DNA of 64,000 nt from an uncultured Bdellovibrionales bacterium (GTDB lineage: Bacteria > Patescibacteriota > Minisyncoccia > Moranbacterales > UBA2206), in the NCBI GenBank assembly GCA_964387895.1, contig CAYLWX010000002.1:15779-79778 (forward strand). Direction: 5' to 3'. Position numbers and translations under genes: made by a program. Positions within the stretch are counted from its first letter, which is position 1. Every line of letters starts with the position of its first letter. Shown piece by piece: positions 53,869-63,595 of this stretch. Under the pieces are notes generated by a model that saw only the letters and a program-made list of their open reading frames with translations, made no database searches and had not been told where the DNA came from.

Positions 53869-53936
53869 AGGAGTATTAATACATTATTTTAAGTTAATTT
53901 ATTTTTATTCTAACATAAAATAAACGTTGCACCAAA

Positions 53937-54362
53937 TCAACCGCGCGCCAGTTCCGCGTCAAGCCAATCCTGCAAGATGATTCTGGCCGCTTCCTGGTTG
54001 TCCCAATGTTTGATATGTTTCGCTCCTTTCTCTTTCAGCCGCTCCTGCGCCATTTTGGTGGTGAACATTTCAGTGATATATTCCACTGTGACCTGAAATC
54101 TTTCTTTAATCTCCTCTCCTATCTTGTTCGCGTCAAAAGATTTGTTATAGGCACCCTTCACCTCGGCTTCCCCGATTACCACTATTTTTATGTCTTCCAA
54201 CTTAATAATCTCCCCCAGCTGCCGCATAAAATTTCGATCATTATTTAACGTATTATACGTAAAGGCGATTTTAGATTGTGAATCAGCGATGGCTAAACCG
54301 ATTTGGGATGTGCCATAGTCGATAGAGAGAATATGAATTGGATTGTCTGAATTTTTACTCAT
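53937..54362 (-). CDS. ruvX: Holliday junction resolvase-like protein RuvX/YqgF
   Basis: ILSIDYGTSQIGLAIAD. RNase H-fold. Confidence 0.8.
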   Translation of the reverse strand: MSKNSDNPIHILSIDYGTSQIGLAIADSQSKIAFTYNTLNNDRNFMRQLGEIIKLEDIKIVVIGEAEVKGAYNKSFDANKIGEEIKERFQVTVEYITEMFTTKMAQERLKEKGAKHIKHWDNQEAARIILQDWLDAELARG

Positions 54363-54377
54363 GTTTTATAATTAACA

Positions 54378-55166
54378 CTATTCCCAAACCGTCAAAACCT
54401 CAACTCCGTTTTCTGCTATAACCACTGTGTTTTCATAATGGGCACTCAAGCTCCTGTCTCGGGTAATAAACGTCCAGCCGTCCTTTGCCAAAACAGTATC
54501 TTTTCCTCCCATGTTTACCATTGGTTCCAACGCGAACGTCATGCCTGGTTTCAGAATCACATCGGAAAACTTTTTGTCGTAATAATTAAGCACATTGGGT
54601 TCTTCATGGAGCGTTCTGCCGATTCCGTGGCCGACAAGATTGCGTACTACTGAAAATCCATGGTGCTCCACATATTCTTGCACGGCTTTTGAGTACGCAC
54701 TAAGATAATCTTCCGGTTTCATCCGGCGGATGCCTTCCCAAAAAGATTGTTCCGTCACGTCAATAAGTTTACGCGCGCCAGAACTTATTTTTCCAATGAA
54801 AAAGGTTCGAGCCATGTCAGTATACATTCCCTGGTAGCGCATGCCAATATCAATTTTCAAAATATCTCCTTCCTGAAGCACTTTGTTCCTGGCGGGAATG
54901 CCATGCACCACTTCGAAATTCAAAGAAGCGCATATGGTAGCCGGAAAAGGCTTTGTACCCTTTTCTCCCTGATATCCCTTAAACGCGGGAACGCCCCCGC
55001 GAGAAAAAACAAGCTCTTCCGCGAGCTTGTCTAATTCGTAGGTAGTTTTTCCTGGAGCAACTCTTGAGGCTATTTCTTTCATAATGCCGGCGAGAATGTT
55101 TCCGCCTTCGCGCATCGTTTCCAGTTCTTTATCACTTTTTATTAGTATCGTTTTTTTACGTATCAT
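54378..55166 (-). CDS. map: type I methionine aminopeptidase
   Basis: pita-bread fold metal ligands (D...D...H...E...E), 262 aa. Confidence 0.85.
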   Translation of the reverse strand: MIRKKTILIKSDKELETMREGGNILAGIMKEIASRVAPGKTTYELDKLAEELVFSRGGVPAFKGYQGEKGTKPFPATICASLNFEVVHGIPARNKVLQEGDILKIDIGMRYQGMYTDMARTFFIGKISSGARKLIDVTEQSFWEGIRRMKPEDYLSAYSKAVQEYVEHHGFSVVRNLVGHGIGRTLHEEPNVLNYYDKKFSDVILKPGMTFALEPMVNMGGKDTVLAKDGWTFITRDRSLSAHYENTVVIAENGVEVLTVWE

Positions 55167-55815
55167 ATGGATCTTTAAGATGACTGAGAATATCCTGAAA
55201 CACCTTTTCTTTCGGCTGTTCTCCGTTAATTTCTGCCGCTAATCCCTGTTTTTGAAAATCCCGCACTACAGGAAGCGTTTCCCGGGCAAATACCTCGAGT
55301 CTTTTTTTAATTCCTTCCTCCGTGTCATCGACTCGTTGCGTGATATTTCCGCCGCACTTAGGGCAAGGATCTGCTGAATTCTCAATGTCCCTTCCCATAA
55401 TAAGAGGTTCCCCGCATGCGCCGCAACTCCATCGCCTGGATACTCTTCTTACAGACTCCTCCGGAGAAATATTTACAAAAAAAACTTTATTAATTTTTCT
55501 TCCATATTCCTGTACTACGGAAACCACACATTCAATTTGATCGATTGTTCTCGGTAATCCGTCCAGAATTAATCCTTGTTCCCGCGGAATGGATCCCAAT
55601 TTCAAACGCAACGCTTTCTGCAAAATTATGTTCGGCACCAGAGTATGCGTTACATTTTGAATAGCATATATCTCTTTCCCCAACTGGGTGTCCTGTTTCG
55701 CGATTCCCCGCAAGGCTTTCCCCATATCAACATGCTCCCATTGAAATTTACGCACCAGCATCTCAGCCTGCGTCCCTTTCCCCGACCCCTGAGGACCCAG
55801 TATTACTATATTCAT
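55156..55815 (-). CDS. adk: adenylate kinase (zinc-LID type)
   Basis: MNIVILGPQGSGKGTQ. LID CGACGEP...CPKCGG. Start set at MNIV (the track ORF extends to 55842). Confidence 0.9.
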   Translation of the reverse strand: MNIVILGPQGSGKGTQAEMLVRKFQWEHVDMGKALRGIAKQDTQLGKEIYAIQNVTHTLVPNIILQKALRLKLGSIPREQGLILDGLPRTIDQIECVVSVVQEYGRKINKVFFVNISPEESVRRVSRRWSCGACGEPLIMGRDIENSADPCPKCGGNITQRVDDTEEGIKKRLEVFARETLPVVRDFQKQGLAAEINGEQPKEKVFQDILSHLKDPYDT

Positions 55816-55818
55816 TTT

Positions 55819-55927
55819 TGTGTCAGAACCACTGATTCGCACGTGATTATCCTGATTTCACTGATTTTATTTTTCATCAGACTAATCTGTGTAATCAGGA
55901 AAATCAGTGATAATCAGTGGTTCTGAT
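55819..55927. repeat. family-D palindromic element, empty form
   Basis: gtcagaaccactgattcgcacgtgattatcctgatttcactgatt ... aatcaggaaaatcagtgataatcagtggttctgat. Fills the secY-adk intergenic space. Confidence 0.7.
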
Positions 55928-55928
55928 T

Positions 55929-57200
55929 TTAAAACCCTTCATAATCCCTCATCATTAACTGGCTTTGGATTTGTTTTACTATTTCAATTACTACGGAAAC
56001 GGCGATAAGGAGTCCGGTTCCGCCAATGCTTACCGATTTAAGATTAAACGCTCCCTGCACGATAAAAGGAAGTATGGCAATCACTCCCAGGAAGATCGCG
56101 CCGGATAAAGTAATCCTGTTAATAATCTTGTATAAATAATCCGCGGTAGTCTTTCCCGGCCGAATACCTGGAATGTATCCTCCGTTCTTCTGGAGACTTT
56201 CGGATATTTTATTAGGATCAAATATCACTGCCGTATAGAAATACGTGAACGCTACTACGAGAATAAAGTAAACGCTTCCATAGAGCCATTGATTTTGCAG
56301 AAAACCTCCTACCGCTTTGGCCGCGTTCGCTACCGCCTGATTAGAAACAGTCGATAAGAAGTTAGCAATCATACCGGGAAAAAGCATAATAGACATCGCG
56401 AAAATGATAGGAATAACCCCAGCCTGGTTCACCCGCAGAGGAAGATGGGTTGAAGCGCCTCCATACATCCTGTTTCCCCTGATTCTCTTCGCGTACGATA
56501 CGGGAATATTCCTTTGTCCTTCAGTTACCGCGACTACTCCGGCTATCGCGATTACTACCAACACCAATAAAAAAATATAGGTGAAAAACTGAGACGAATC
56601 CCACGTGGCAAAAACTCTCGAAAAACTGGATGGCAATCCCGCGACTATTCCCGCGAAGATGATCAGGGATACTCCGTTTCCAATGTTCTTTTCCGTAATT
56701 AATTCTCCCAGCCACATAAGAAACACTGTTCCCGCCACTGCCACCACTATTACTGACACGGTAGAGAACGCGTTCATTTCACCCAGAATATTCTGCGAGC
56801 GCAGCAGGGAAATCATTCCGAATGTCTGCAGCGCCGCCAAAGGAACTGTGAGAAACCGCGTCCATTGATTAAATTTTTGCCTGCCTGTTTCTCCTTCTTC
56901 CTTATAGATCTGCTCCAATCGTGGAACAATCATAGTCAGAAGCTGCATAATAATCGATGCGGTGATATAGGGGCCCACTCCCAGCATGACTATGGATATA
57001 CTGCTCAAGCCTCCTCCTGAGAATAAATTCAGAAGTCCGAACAATTCATTACTTTGGAAAAAATTCCGCAATTGTTCCTGATTCACGCCCGGTATAGGTA
57101 TATTAGCCACAAGACGAAATACTATTAAAAGAGCCAAAATAAAAAGTATCTTGTTTCGTAATTCTTTTACTTTGAATATTTGTACAATTTTTTCCTTCAT
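55929..57200 (-). CDS. secY: preprotein translocase subunit SecY
   Basis: 10-TM SecY. Confidence 0.95.
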   Translation of the reverse strand: MKEKIVQIFKVKELRNKILFILALLIVFRLVANIPIPGVNQEQLRNFFQSNELFGLLNLFSGGGLSSISIVMLGVGPYITASIIMQLLTMIVPRLEQIYKEEGETGRQKFNQWTRFLTVPLAALQTFGMISLLRSQNILGEMNAFSTVSVIVVAVAGTVFLMWLGELITEKNIGNGVSLIIFAGIVAGLPSSFSRVFATWDSSQFFTYIFLLVLVVIAIAGVVAVTEGQRNIPVSYAKRIRGNRMYGGASTHLPLRVNQAGVIPIIFAMSIMLFPGMIANFLSTVSNQAVANAAKAVGGFLQNQWLYGSVYFILVVAFTYFYTAVIFDPNKISESLQKNGGYIPGIRPGKTTADYLYKIINRITLSGAIFLGVIAILPFIVQGAFNLKSVSIGGTGLLIAVSVVIEIVKQIQSQLMMRDYEGF

Positions 57201-57203
57201 CTT

Positions 57204-57659
57204 TTATTTTTTCTTCTCACGGGCAAGAAATTTCCCGCCAGCGTTTTCTATAGCGCTTCTTGAAGAACCACTTACCAGAATACCTTCTTCAATGGTAAGC
57301 TTTTTCTTTATCCCTCCTGACCCCAGGATCTTTATTCTATAACTGGAATCTTTTCTACTAATAATCCCTTTTTCCACCAAAGCTTCCTTATTCACTACCG
57401 TGTCATTGTCAAACTTCTTTTCCAATACCGCAAGACTTACCGTTATCGCTTTGGTTTTTTGAGAAATAAATCCCTTCTTCTTTTTCATATGGTCAATCAA
57501 AGTGGATTTTCCTCCTTCAAAAAGAGGATCCACTGAAGCGCCGCTTCTTGCTTTTTGTCCTTTCATTCCTCTTCCGGAATAACTTCCTTTTCGACCTCCG
57601 CGTCCCACATCTTTCTTTTTCTTTCTTGGATTTTTCAATTGTAACGTATGTATCTGCAT
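57204..57659 (-). CDS. rplO: 50S ribosomal protein L15
   Basis: Gly/Arg-rich N-terminus GRGGRKGSYSGRG. Confidence 0.9.
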   Translation of the reverse strand: MQIHTLQLKNPRKKKKDVGRGGRKGSYSGRGMKGQKARSGASVDPLFEGGKSTLIDHMKKKKGFISQKTKAITVSLAVLEKKFDNDTVVNKEALVEKGIISRKDSSYRIKILGSGGIKKKLTIEEGILVSGSSRSAIENAGGKFLAREKKK

Positions 57660-57673
57660 CCCTATAGAACAAA

Positions 57674-58183
57674 TTAAGAGTTAACTTCCCGTACTCTCTC
57701 TTTTCTCGTTTTAATATGGCTTAGCGACGCAAATGCCGCAACCGTCGCGCGAGCCACGTTAAGCTTATTAGAGCTTCCCAATGACTTAGAAACAATATCC
57801 TTGACACCGGCGAAATCCACCACCGCCCGGATTGCTCCTCCCGCGATGATTCCCTTTCCTGGAGTGGCAGGCTTTAATAGCACTTTCGCGCTCCCAAGCT
57901 TATGATATACCTCATGAGGAATGGTATCTTTTCGCATCGGAACTATAATCATATTTTTCTTCGCATCATCAAACGCCTTTCGAATAGCCTCGGATACATC
58001 CGGACCCTTGCCTACTCCCACGCCCACTCTTCCTTTTCTATTCCCTATAACCAGCGTAGCTCTAAATCGAAAACGTCTCCCTCCTTTTACTACGCGGGTT
58101 ACTCTTGCTAAATCCAAAAGTTTCTGATCAAATTCAGGCTTCTCTTTTTTTACTCTGGAATTAGAACGCTTTTCTCTAGACAT
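57674..58183 (-). CDS. rpsE: 30S ribosomal protein S5
   Basis: VTRVVKGGRRFRFRATLVIGN. Directly followed by rplO with no rpmD (L30) between. Confidence 0.9.
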   Translation of the reverse strand: MSREKRSNSRVKKEKPEFDQKLLDLARVTRVVKGGRRFRFRATLVIGNRKGRVGVGVGKGPDVSEAIRKAFDDAKKNMIIVPMRKDTIPHEVYHKLGSAKVLLKPATPGKGIIAGGAIRAVVDFAGVKDIVSKSLGSSNKLNVARATVAAFASLSHIKTRKERVREVNS

Positions 58184-58222
58184 AATCTCACACCGTCAAA
58201 TAGTTAATATAAAAATGCTTTA

Positions 58223-58573
58223 TTAGAACTTTAATCCTCCTTCTCTTGCTCCTTCGGCAAGCGCTTTTACTTTTCCGTGATACTTGTACCCCCCTCTATC
58301 AAACACTACCTGGGTAATATTCTTTTCCAGACATTTCCTGGCGATATACTTGCCCGCTTCTCTTGCTCCCTCCACCGTATTCCCGGATTTCACTTCTTTT
58401 TGAGAGGAAAAAACCAGGGTAACTCCCTTCTCATCATTAATAACCTGGGAATATATATTTTTTAAACTCCTGAACACGACTAACCTGGGCCTTTTTTCAG
58501 TGCCGCGAATTCTTGCCTGAATTCTCCTTTTTCTTTGCAATCTTGCCTTATTCCGGCTTATTATTTTCTTCAT
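58223..58573 (-). CDS. rplR: 50S ribosomal protein L18
   Basis: Ribosomal L18 motifs. Confidence 0.9.
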   Translation of the reverse strand: MKKIISRNKARLQRKRRIQARIRGTEKRPRLVVFRSLKNIYSQVINDEKGVTLVFSSQKEVKSGNTVEGAREAGKYIARKCLEKNITQVVFDRGGYKYHGKVKALAEGAREGGLKF

Positions 58574-58591
58574 ACTACTTATGATGAAATA

Positions 58592-59140
58592 TTACTTTCC
58601 CGCAGCTGATTTCTTACCCGCTTTTCTCCTGACTCGTTCTCCTGCGTATCGAAATCCCTTGCCTTTATACGGTTCTACTTCTTTCAATGACCGCACTTCG
58701 GCGGCAAACTGACCCACGCGTTGTTTATCGATTCCGGAAATAGCCAGCACATTGCCTTCTTCTATCTTCACTTCCAGTCCTTCTGGAATATCAACCACTA
58801 CCGGATGGGAGAATCCCAGCGCCATATTCAGTTTATCCCCCTGGACAGACATTCTGTATCCCACGCCCTGAAGTTCCAACTTTTTTGCATACCCCTGGGT
58901 AACTCCCGTTATCATATTATTTATCAATGATCGGGTTAATCCCCAGATGGCGGAAGACTTTTTTGAATTACTGATTTTTTTTACCTGTATTTCCTTATCT
59001 GCCATTTCCAATGCCACATCCCTGATTTCAATATCCAACGCGAGGGTTCCCTTGGGACCTTTTATTTCAAGACGGCGACCCTGGAGATTCACTTCTACTC
59101 CATCTTTTACCGCCACTGGTTTTTTTCCTATCCTGCTCAT
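58592..59140 (-). CDS. rplF: 50S ribosomal protein L6
   Basis: MSRIGKKPV. Confidence 0.9.
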   Translation of the reverse strand: MSRIGKKPVAVKDGVEVNLQGRRLEIKGPKGTLALDIEIRDVALEMADKEIQVKKISNSKKSSAIWGLTRSLINNMITGVTQGYAKKLELQGVGYRMSVQGDKLNMALGFSHPVVVDIPEGLEVKIEEGNVLAISGIDKQRVGQFAAEVRSLKEVEPYKGKGFRYAGERVRRKAGKKSAAGK

Positions 59141-59177
59141 TATAATATCGATTCAAAAATTAAGTGTGTCTCTGTCA

Positions 59178-59582
59178 TTACCATACTTCACAAATATATT
59201 CTCCACCCAATCCAAGCTTTGTTGCTTCTTCTCCGGTCATAATTCCCCTGGAAGTGGAAATAATAGAGATTCCAAAATTGTTTTTTACCCTCCTGATAGC
59301 GTTATGCTTCACATAAATCCTTTGCCCTTCGCGACTCACACGCCTGATTTGCCTGATGGCGGGAATTTTTTGGGTAAGGCTTAGAGGATAATACTTCAAA
59401 TTGATTTTAATTTTTTCAAAACTTTCATCTTTTTCTCTCGCTACAGATTCCACGAATCCTTCTTTTTCCAAAACCTTCGCGATAGACAGTTTCAACTTAG
59501 ACGCCTCGACCAGCACCTCTCGTTTGCCCGCTCCCTGGGCATTTCTTATTCGTGTTAACATTTCCGCAATTGGATCTAGCAT
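59178..59582 (-). CDS. rpsH: 30S ribosomal protein S8
   Basis: MLDPIAEMLTRIRNA. Confidence 0.95.
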   Translation of the reverse strand: MLDPIAEMLTRIRNAQGAGKREVLVEASKLKLSIAKVLEKEGFVESVAREKDESFEKIKINLKYYPLSLTQKIPAIRQIRRVSREGQRIYVKHNAIRRVKNNFGISIISTSRGIMTGEEATKLGLGGEYICEVW

Positions 59583-59656
59583 ATTCTTAAAACTTAAAAC
59601 TTAAAACACGGATTAAAAGGAGTTATGAGTCGCGCGTTTCAAGTTACAAGGTTTAT

Positions 59657-59842
59657 TTACCAGCTTGATTTCTTTACTCCGGGGATCTGGCCTGTACTGG
59701 CAAGCTCCCTAAAACAAATTCGGCACATATTAAACTGACGCATATAGCCGTGCTTTCTCCCGCATTTCCAACACCGCTTTACTTCACGCGTGGAAAATTT
59801 AGGTTTCTTTCTTGCTCTTGCTTCTACTGATTTTTTTGCCAT
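59657..59842 (-). CDS. rpsN: 30S ribosomal protein S14 type Z (zinc-binding, 61 aa)
   Basis: [23 protein letters not shown]. CxxC...CxxC. Confidence 0.9.
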   Translation of the reverse strand: MAKKSVEARARKKPKFSTREVKRCWKCGRKHGYMRQFNMCRICFRELASTGQIPGVKKSSW

Positions 59843-59845
59843 ATA

Positions 59846-60388
59846 TTATTCTTTATGTGATATGGGGAATTTTAATGCCTTAAACAAGGCCAATCCTCTT
59901 TCTCTTTCTCCCGCGGTAGTTGTGACGGTCACCTGCAGGCTCGTGATATTCTTTACGCTCTCAGGCACTATTTCCGGAAACACGACATGCTCTTTCAATC
60001 CTACATTCAAATTGCCATTCGCGTCTACTGCCGATTCCTTGATGCCCTGGAAGTCACGAATTCTGGGAATAGTAGCTCCTACCAATTTTTCTAAAAAATC
60101 CCACTTTCTTTTCCCCCTCAAAGTGACTTTCATTCCTACTTCCTGTCCTTCTCTCACTTTAAATCCAGCGATAGATTTTTTGGATTTAGTCATAAGAGGC
60201 TTCTGTCCAGTTATAAGCGCGAGTGAATGCGCGATATCCTGAACTATTCCGGAATCTTTGAGATATTTTCCCACGCCTATGTTCACTACTACTTTCTCAA
60301 TTCTGGGAACTTCTAAATCATTCTTCAATCCAAATTGACGCTTTATCTCCTTCATCGCTTCCTTATGATATTGTTCTTTCATATTCAT
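59846..60388 (-). CDS. rplE: 50S ribosomal protein L5
   Basis: Ribosomal L5 motifs. Confidence 0.9.
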   Translation of the reverse strand: MNMKEQYHKEAMKEIKRQFGLKNDLEVPRIEKVVVNIGVGKYLKDSGIVQDIAHSLALITGQKPLMTKSKKSIAGFKVREGQEVGMKVTLRGKRKWDFLEKLVGATIPRIRDFQGIKESAVDANGNLNVGLKEHVVFPEIVPESVKNITSLQVTVTTTAGERERGLALFKALKFPISHKE

Positions 60389-60397
60389 ATAATTCTT

Positions 60398-60724
60398 CTA
60401 AATTTCCGCCTGGCATTTCTTGCATATTCGCAACTTACTGCCGCCTTCAGCCTGTTTATAGTATACTCTGGCTGGTTTTCCGCACTTAGGACATATCAAC
60501 ACGGCATTGGAAACATCTAACTTTGCCGGAATTTTCACTCGTTGTCCTTTCTCTCCTTCTCTCCTGGGGCGTATATGCTTGGTTACCAAATGCAGTCCTT
60601 CCACGGTCATCTTTTTCTCGCCCTGAAAAGTTCGCAGGACTTTTCCCGCTTTGCCCTTGTCTTTTCCCGCTATTATTCTTACTTGATCGCCTTTTTTAAT
60701 CTTCATAACAATGTGTTCCGCCAT
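60398..60724 (-). CDS. rplX: 50S ribosomal protein L24 with C-terminal CxxC...CxxC zinc-ribbon extension
   Basis: KOW motif IAGKDKGKAGKV plus C-terminal CPKCGKPARVYYKQAEGGSKLRICKKCQ. Confidence 0.85.
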   Translation of the reverse strand: MAEHIVMKIKKGDQVRIIAGKDKGKAGKVLRTFQGEKKMTVEGLHLVTKHIRPRREGEKGQRVKIPAKLDVSNAVLICPKCGKPARVYYKQAEGGSKLRICKKCQAEI

Positions 60725-60732
60725 TTACCAAG

Positions 60733-61098
60733 TTAGAGCACCTCCGGAGCGAGGGATACAATTTTATTAAAACCCCTGTCTCTTAGTTCTCTCGCGACAG
60801 GTCCAAAAATTCTTGTTCCCTTCGGATCCTTGCCATCCACAATAACCGCGGCATTTTCATCAAAACGAATATAAGAACCGTCTCTTCTCTTCAGTTCTTT
60901 TTTTTGCCGCACAATTACCGCCTTCACTTTATCTCCTTTTTTTACCAATCCGCGCGGTTCCGCCGATTTGACGGAAGCCACGACAATATCACCGATCTTC
61001 GCGTATCGCTTTCTGGTACCGCCTAATACTTTGAAGCATTCTATTATTTTAGCTCCAGTATTATCCGCTACTTTCAATCTTGTCTCTGCTTGTATCAT
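60733..61098 (-). CDS. rplN: 50S ribosomal protein L14
   Basis: [17 protein letters not shown]. Confidence 0.95.
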   Translation of the reverse strand: MIQAETRLKVADNTGAKIIECFKVLGGTRKRYAKIGDIVVASVKSAEPRGLVKKGDKVKAVIVRQKKELKRRDGSYIRFDENAAVIVDGKDPKGTRIFGPVARELRDRGFNKIVSLAPEVL

Positions 61099-61105
61099 AC
61101 TAGTA

Positions 61106-61354
61106 TTATACTACTTTAAATCTTTTTCCCTTGCTCATGGGACGGCATGGCACGATCTTCACCACGTCTCCGATTTTCCGCGTATTCTCCTCGTCGTGAG
61201 CCTTGTATCTCCTGGTTACTCTATACTTCTTCTTGTATTTCGAATGAGTCTTAAAACTATCCACCGCTACCACGACTGTCTTATGCATCGCATCGCTTAC
61301 CACTCTTCCTTTCCTGCTTGCGATTACCTTATTTTTTTCCGCTTGTTCTTTCAT
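61106..61354 (-). CDS. rpsQ: 30S ribosomal protein S17
   Basis: [14 protein letters not shown]. Confidence 0.9.
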   Translation of the reverse strand: MKEQAEKNKVIASRKGRVVSDAMHKTVVVAVDSFKTHSKYKKKYRVTRRYKAHDEENTRKIGDVVKIVPCRPMSKGKRFKVV

Positions 61355-61539
61355 TATTTTGATTCATTGATTAAGGTTAACATTCTTGCTATATCTCTCT
61401 TGTTATTCCTGATGTCCCTTACATTCTTAATCTGCCTGGAAGCAATATCAAACCTTAGCGTTCTCACCTGCTCTCTTTTTTCCCGCAAAAGCTTTTTCAG
61501 CTCTTCAACATTTTTTTCTCTTAATTCCTTAATCTTCAT
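61354..61539 (-). CDS. rpmC: 50S ribosomal protein L29
   Basis: [18 protein letters not shown]. Confidence 0.85.
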   Translation of the reverse strand: MKIKELREKNVEELKKLLREKREQVRTLRFDIASRQIKNVRDIRNNKRDIARMLTLINESK

Positions 61540-61955
61540 AATTGCAATTCTTTAGTTATGAATTTTGTCTTGACATTCAACTTATACGCGGCGAGCCGCA
61601 TTGCTTCCCTGGCTACCTTTTCTTTCACTCCGTCCATTTCAAATAAGACTCTTCCGGGCTTTACCACGCACACAAAATGATCTACGGTTCCTTTTCCCTT
61701 TCCCATGGGAGTTTCCGCTCCTTTTTGGGTCATAGGCTTGTCAGGAAAAATTCGTATCCAAATTTTTCCTCCTCTTTGGATATAACGCGTCATAGCCCTG
61801 CGCGCGGATTCAATTTGACGTGAAGAAACCAGATTCGCTTCTGTCGATTTTAATCCATAACTCCCGAAGCTCAGCAAAGTGCCTCGCGTGGCATTTCCGC
61901 GAATTGCTCCCCCGCGCTGCGTCTTCCTGTGTTTTACTTTTTTGGGCATCAACAT
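61536..61955 (-). CDS. rplP: 50S ribosomal protein L16
   Basis: [15 protein letters not shown]. Confidence 0.95.
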   Translation of the reverse strand: MLMPKKVKHRKTQRGGAIRGNATRGTLLSFGSYGLKSTEANLVSSRQIESARRAMTRYIQRGGKIWIRIFPDKPMTQKGAETPMGKGKGTVDHFVCVVKPGRVLFEMDGVKEKVAREAMRLAAYKLNVKTKFITKELQL

Positions 61956-61964
61956 ATATTTCTT

Positions 61965-62609
61965 TTACGCGAATACTTCTCCTTTGTATAGCCATACTTT
62001 TACTCCTATTGTTCCAAAGGTAGTAAACGCGGTAGCCCTGGAAAAATCCACGTTGGCTCTAAGCGTATGCAGAGGCAGCCTTCCTCTTACTACCCATTCT
62101 CTGCGCGCCATTTCTGATCCATTCAATCTTCCGGCCACTTCTATTTTAACTCCCTTTACCATGTTGTTCTTTCCCACCTGGTCCAGCATTGATTTTATCG
62201 CCCTTCTGAAAGGAATTCTTTTTTCTAATTGTTCCGCGATATTTTGGGCAATAAGTGACGCGTTCTCTTCAAAATTTTTCACTTCCTGTGCTTCTACTCT
62301 TAGTTCCAGTCTTTTTCCCCGAAAAAAACAAGTTCTAATATATCGGGACATATCCTCAATTCCGCTTCCGCCTCTTCCGATTAATACTCCCGGTCTGGCT
62401 GTTTTTACTATCACCTTTACCATGGAAGAAGATCGCTCAATTTCCACTTCAGCAATAGCGGCGTTCTTCCATTTTTTCTTTACCGCGTCCCGCAATAAAA
62501 TATCCTCCTGAAGAATGCTCTTATATTCTTTTTTATCATTAAACCATTTGGACTTCCAGGTATTGGTAATACCGATTCTAAGTCCCACTGGATTGATTTT
62601 ATGTCCCAT
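61965..62609 (-). CDS. rpsC: 30S ribosomal protein S3
   Basis: MGHKINPVGLRIG, KH domain. Confidence 0.95.
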   Translation of the reverse strand: MGHKINPVGLRIGITNTWKSKWFNDKKEYKSILQEDILLRDAVKKKWKNAAIAEVEIERSSSMVKVIVKTARPGVLIGRGGSGIEDMSRYIRTCFFRGKRLELRVEAQEVKNFEENASLIAQNIAEQLEKRIPFRRAIKSMLDQVGKNNMVKGVKIEVAGRLNGSEMARREWVVRGRLPLHTLRANVDFSRATAFTTFGTIGVKVWLYKGEVFA

Positions 62610-62672
62610 ACTGGTTATTGGTTGTTTGGCGGTCTGGTAAATCAGAAACTGCGCAACCAGCCCGCTTAACCA

Positions 62673-63233
62673 CTACATTGATTTTCTTCGGAATATTTTG
62701 TTAACCCAATTTCCTTTTCCCAGCTCTCTTTTCGTTCTCGCCCCTCCATCCTCTTTTGATTTTTCCATTATTCCTGTTGGCGTTTTTTCCTTGTTCTTTT
62801 TCTCTTCTTCTTTTTGCGCCTTTCTTTTTTCTTCCAGCTTTTTCTGGCGCTCTTGTTCCAGTTGTTCCTTGCTTTTTCTATTTTTTCCTTCTATTTTTTC
62901 TTCCAGAATTAATTGTACCGTAGACGTTCTTTTGCGAATCTGCCCGGCCCTTCCATGCGCTTTCGGCATCCAGCGTTTTAATGTCGGTCCCGCTCCTACC
63001 AGCACAGTATGCACATAGAGATTGTTCTTATCCACTCCAAAATTATTTTCTCCGTTGCTTATCGCGCTCAGGAGAAGTTTTTTCATGGAGACATTTCCCC
63101 GTTTCACCTGTTGTTCAAGCTGGTGCAGCGCTTCATGCGCGTCCATTCCTTTAATAAGATTGGCAACCAGCCTTACTTTGCGGGGAGAAATTCTTATGTT
63201 GTGTATATGAGCGGATACTTTCATAGTATTCAA
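62673..63233 (-). CDS. rplV: 50S ribosomal protein L22 with ~70-aa Lys/Glu-rich C-terminal extension
   Basis: SPRKVRLVANLIKG core. 186 aa versus ~110 typical. Confidence 0.85.
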   Translation of the reverse strand: MNTMKVSAHIHNIRISPRKVRLVANLIKGMDAHEALHQLEQQVKRGNVSMKKLLLSAISNGENNFGVDKNNLYVHTVLVGAGPTLKRWMPKAHGRAGQIRKRTSTVQLILEEKIEGKNRKSKEQLEQERQKKLEEKRKAQKEEEKKNKEKTPTGIMEKSKEDGGARTKRELGKGNWVNKIFRRKSM

Positions 63234-63239
63234 ATCTTA

Positions 63240-63584
63240 TTATTTCTTCTTAGTGTCCGAAGAAGCCTTGGCTGATTTTGCCGCGTCCAGCTCTTTCTGC
63301 TTCGCGGCTGTCTCTATTTCTTTTTGCATTTTTCCTCCATGCCTCGTGAACTTTCTGGTTAGAGAAAACTCGCCTAACCGGTGCCCTACCATTTCTTCCG
63401 TTACGAACACGGAAATAAAATCTTTTCCATTATGCACGCCAAAGGTGAAACCGATCATTTCAGGAGAAATAACCGAGGCACGAGACCATGTCTTAATAAC
63501 CGATCGGTCTCCCGGTTTTTTGTCCACTATTTTCTTGAGTAATCTTTGATCCACGTAAGGACCTTTTTTCAGGCTTCGAGTCAT
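63240..63584 (-). CDS. rpsS: 30S ribosomal protein S19 (with short basic C-terminal tail)
   Basis: [12 protein letters not shown]. Confidence 0.9.
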   Translation of the reverse strand: MTRSLKKGPYVDQRLLKKIVDKKPGDRSVIKTWSRASVISPEMIGFTFGVHNGKDFISVFVTEEMVGHRLGEFSLTRKFTRHGGKMQKEIETAAKQKELDAAKSAKASSDTKKK

Positions 63585-63595
63585 ATAAAATACGG

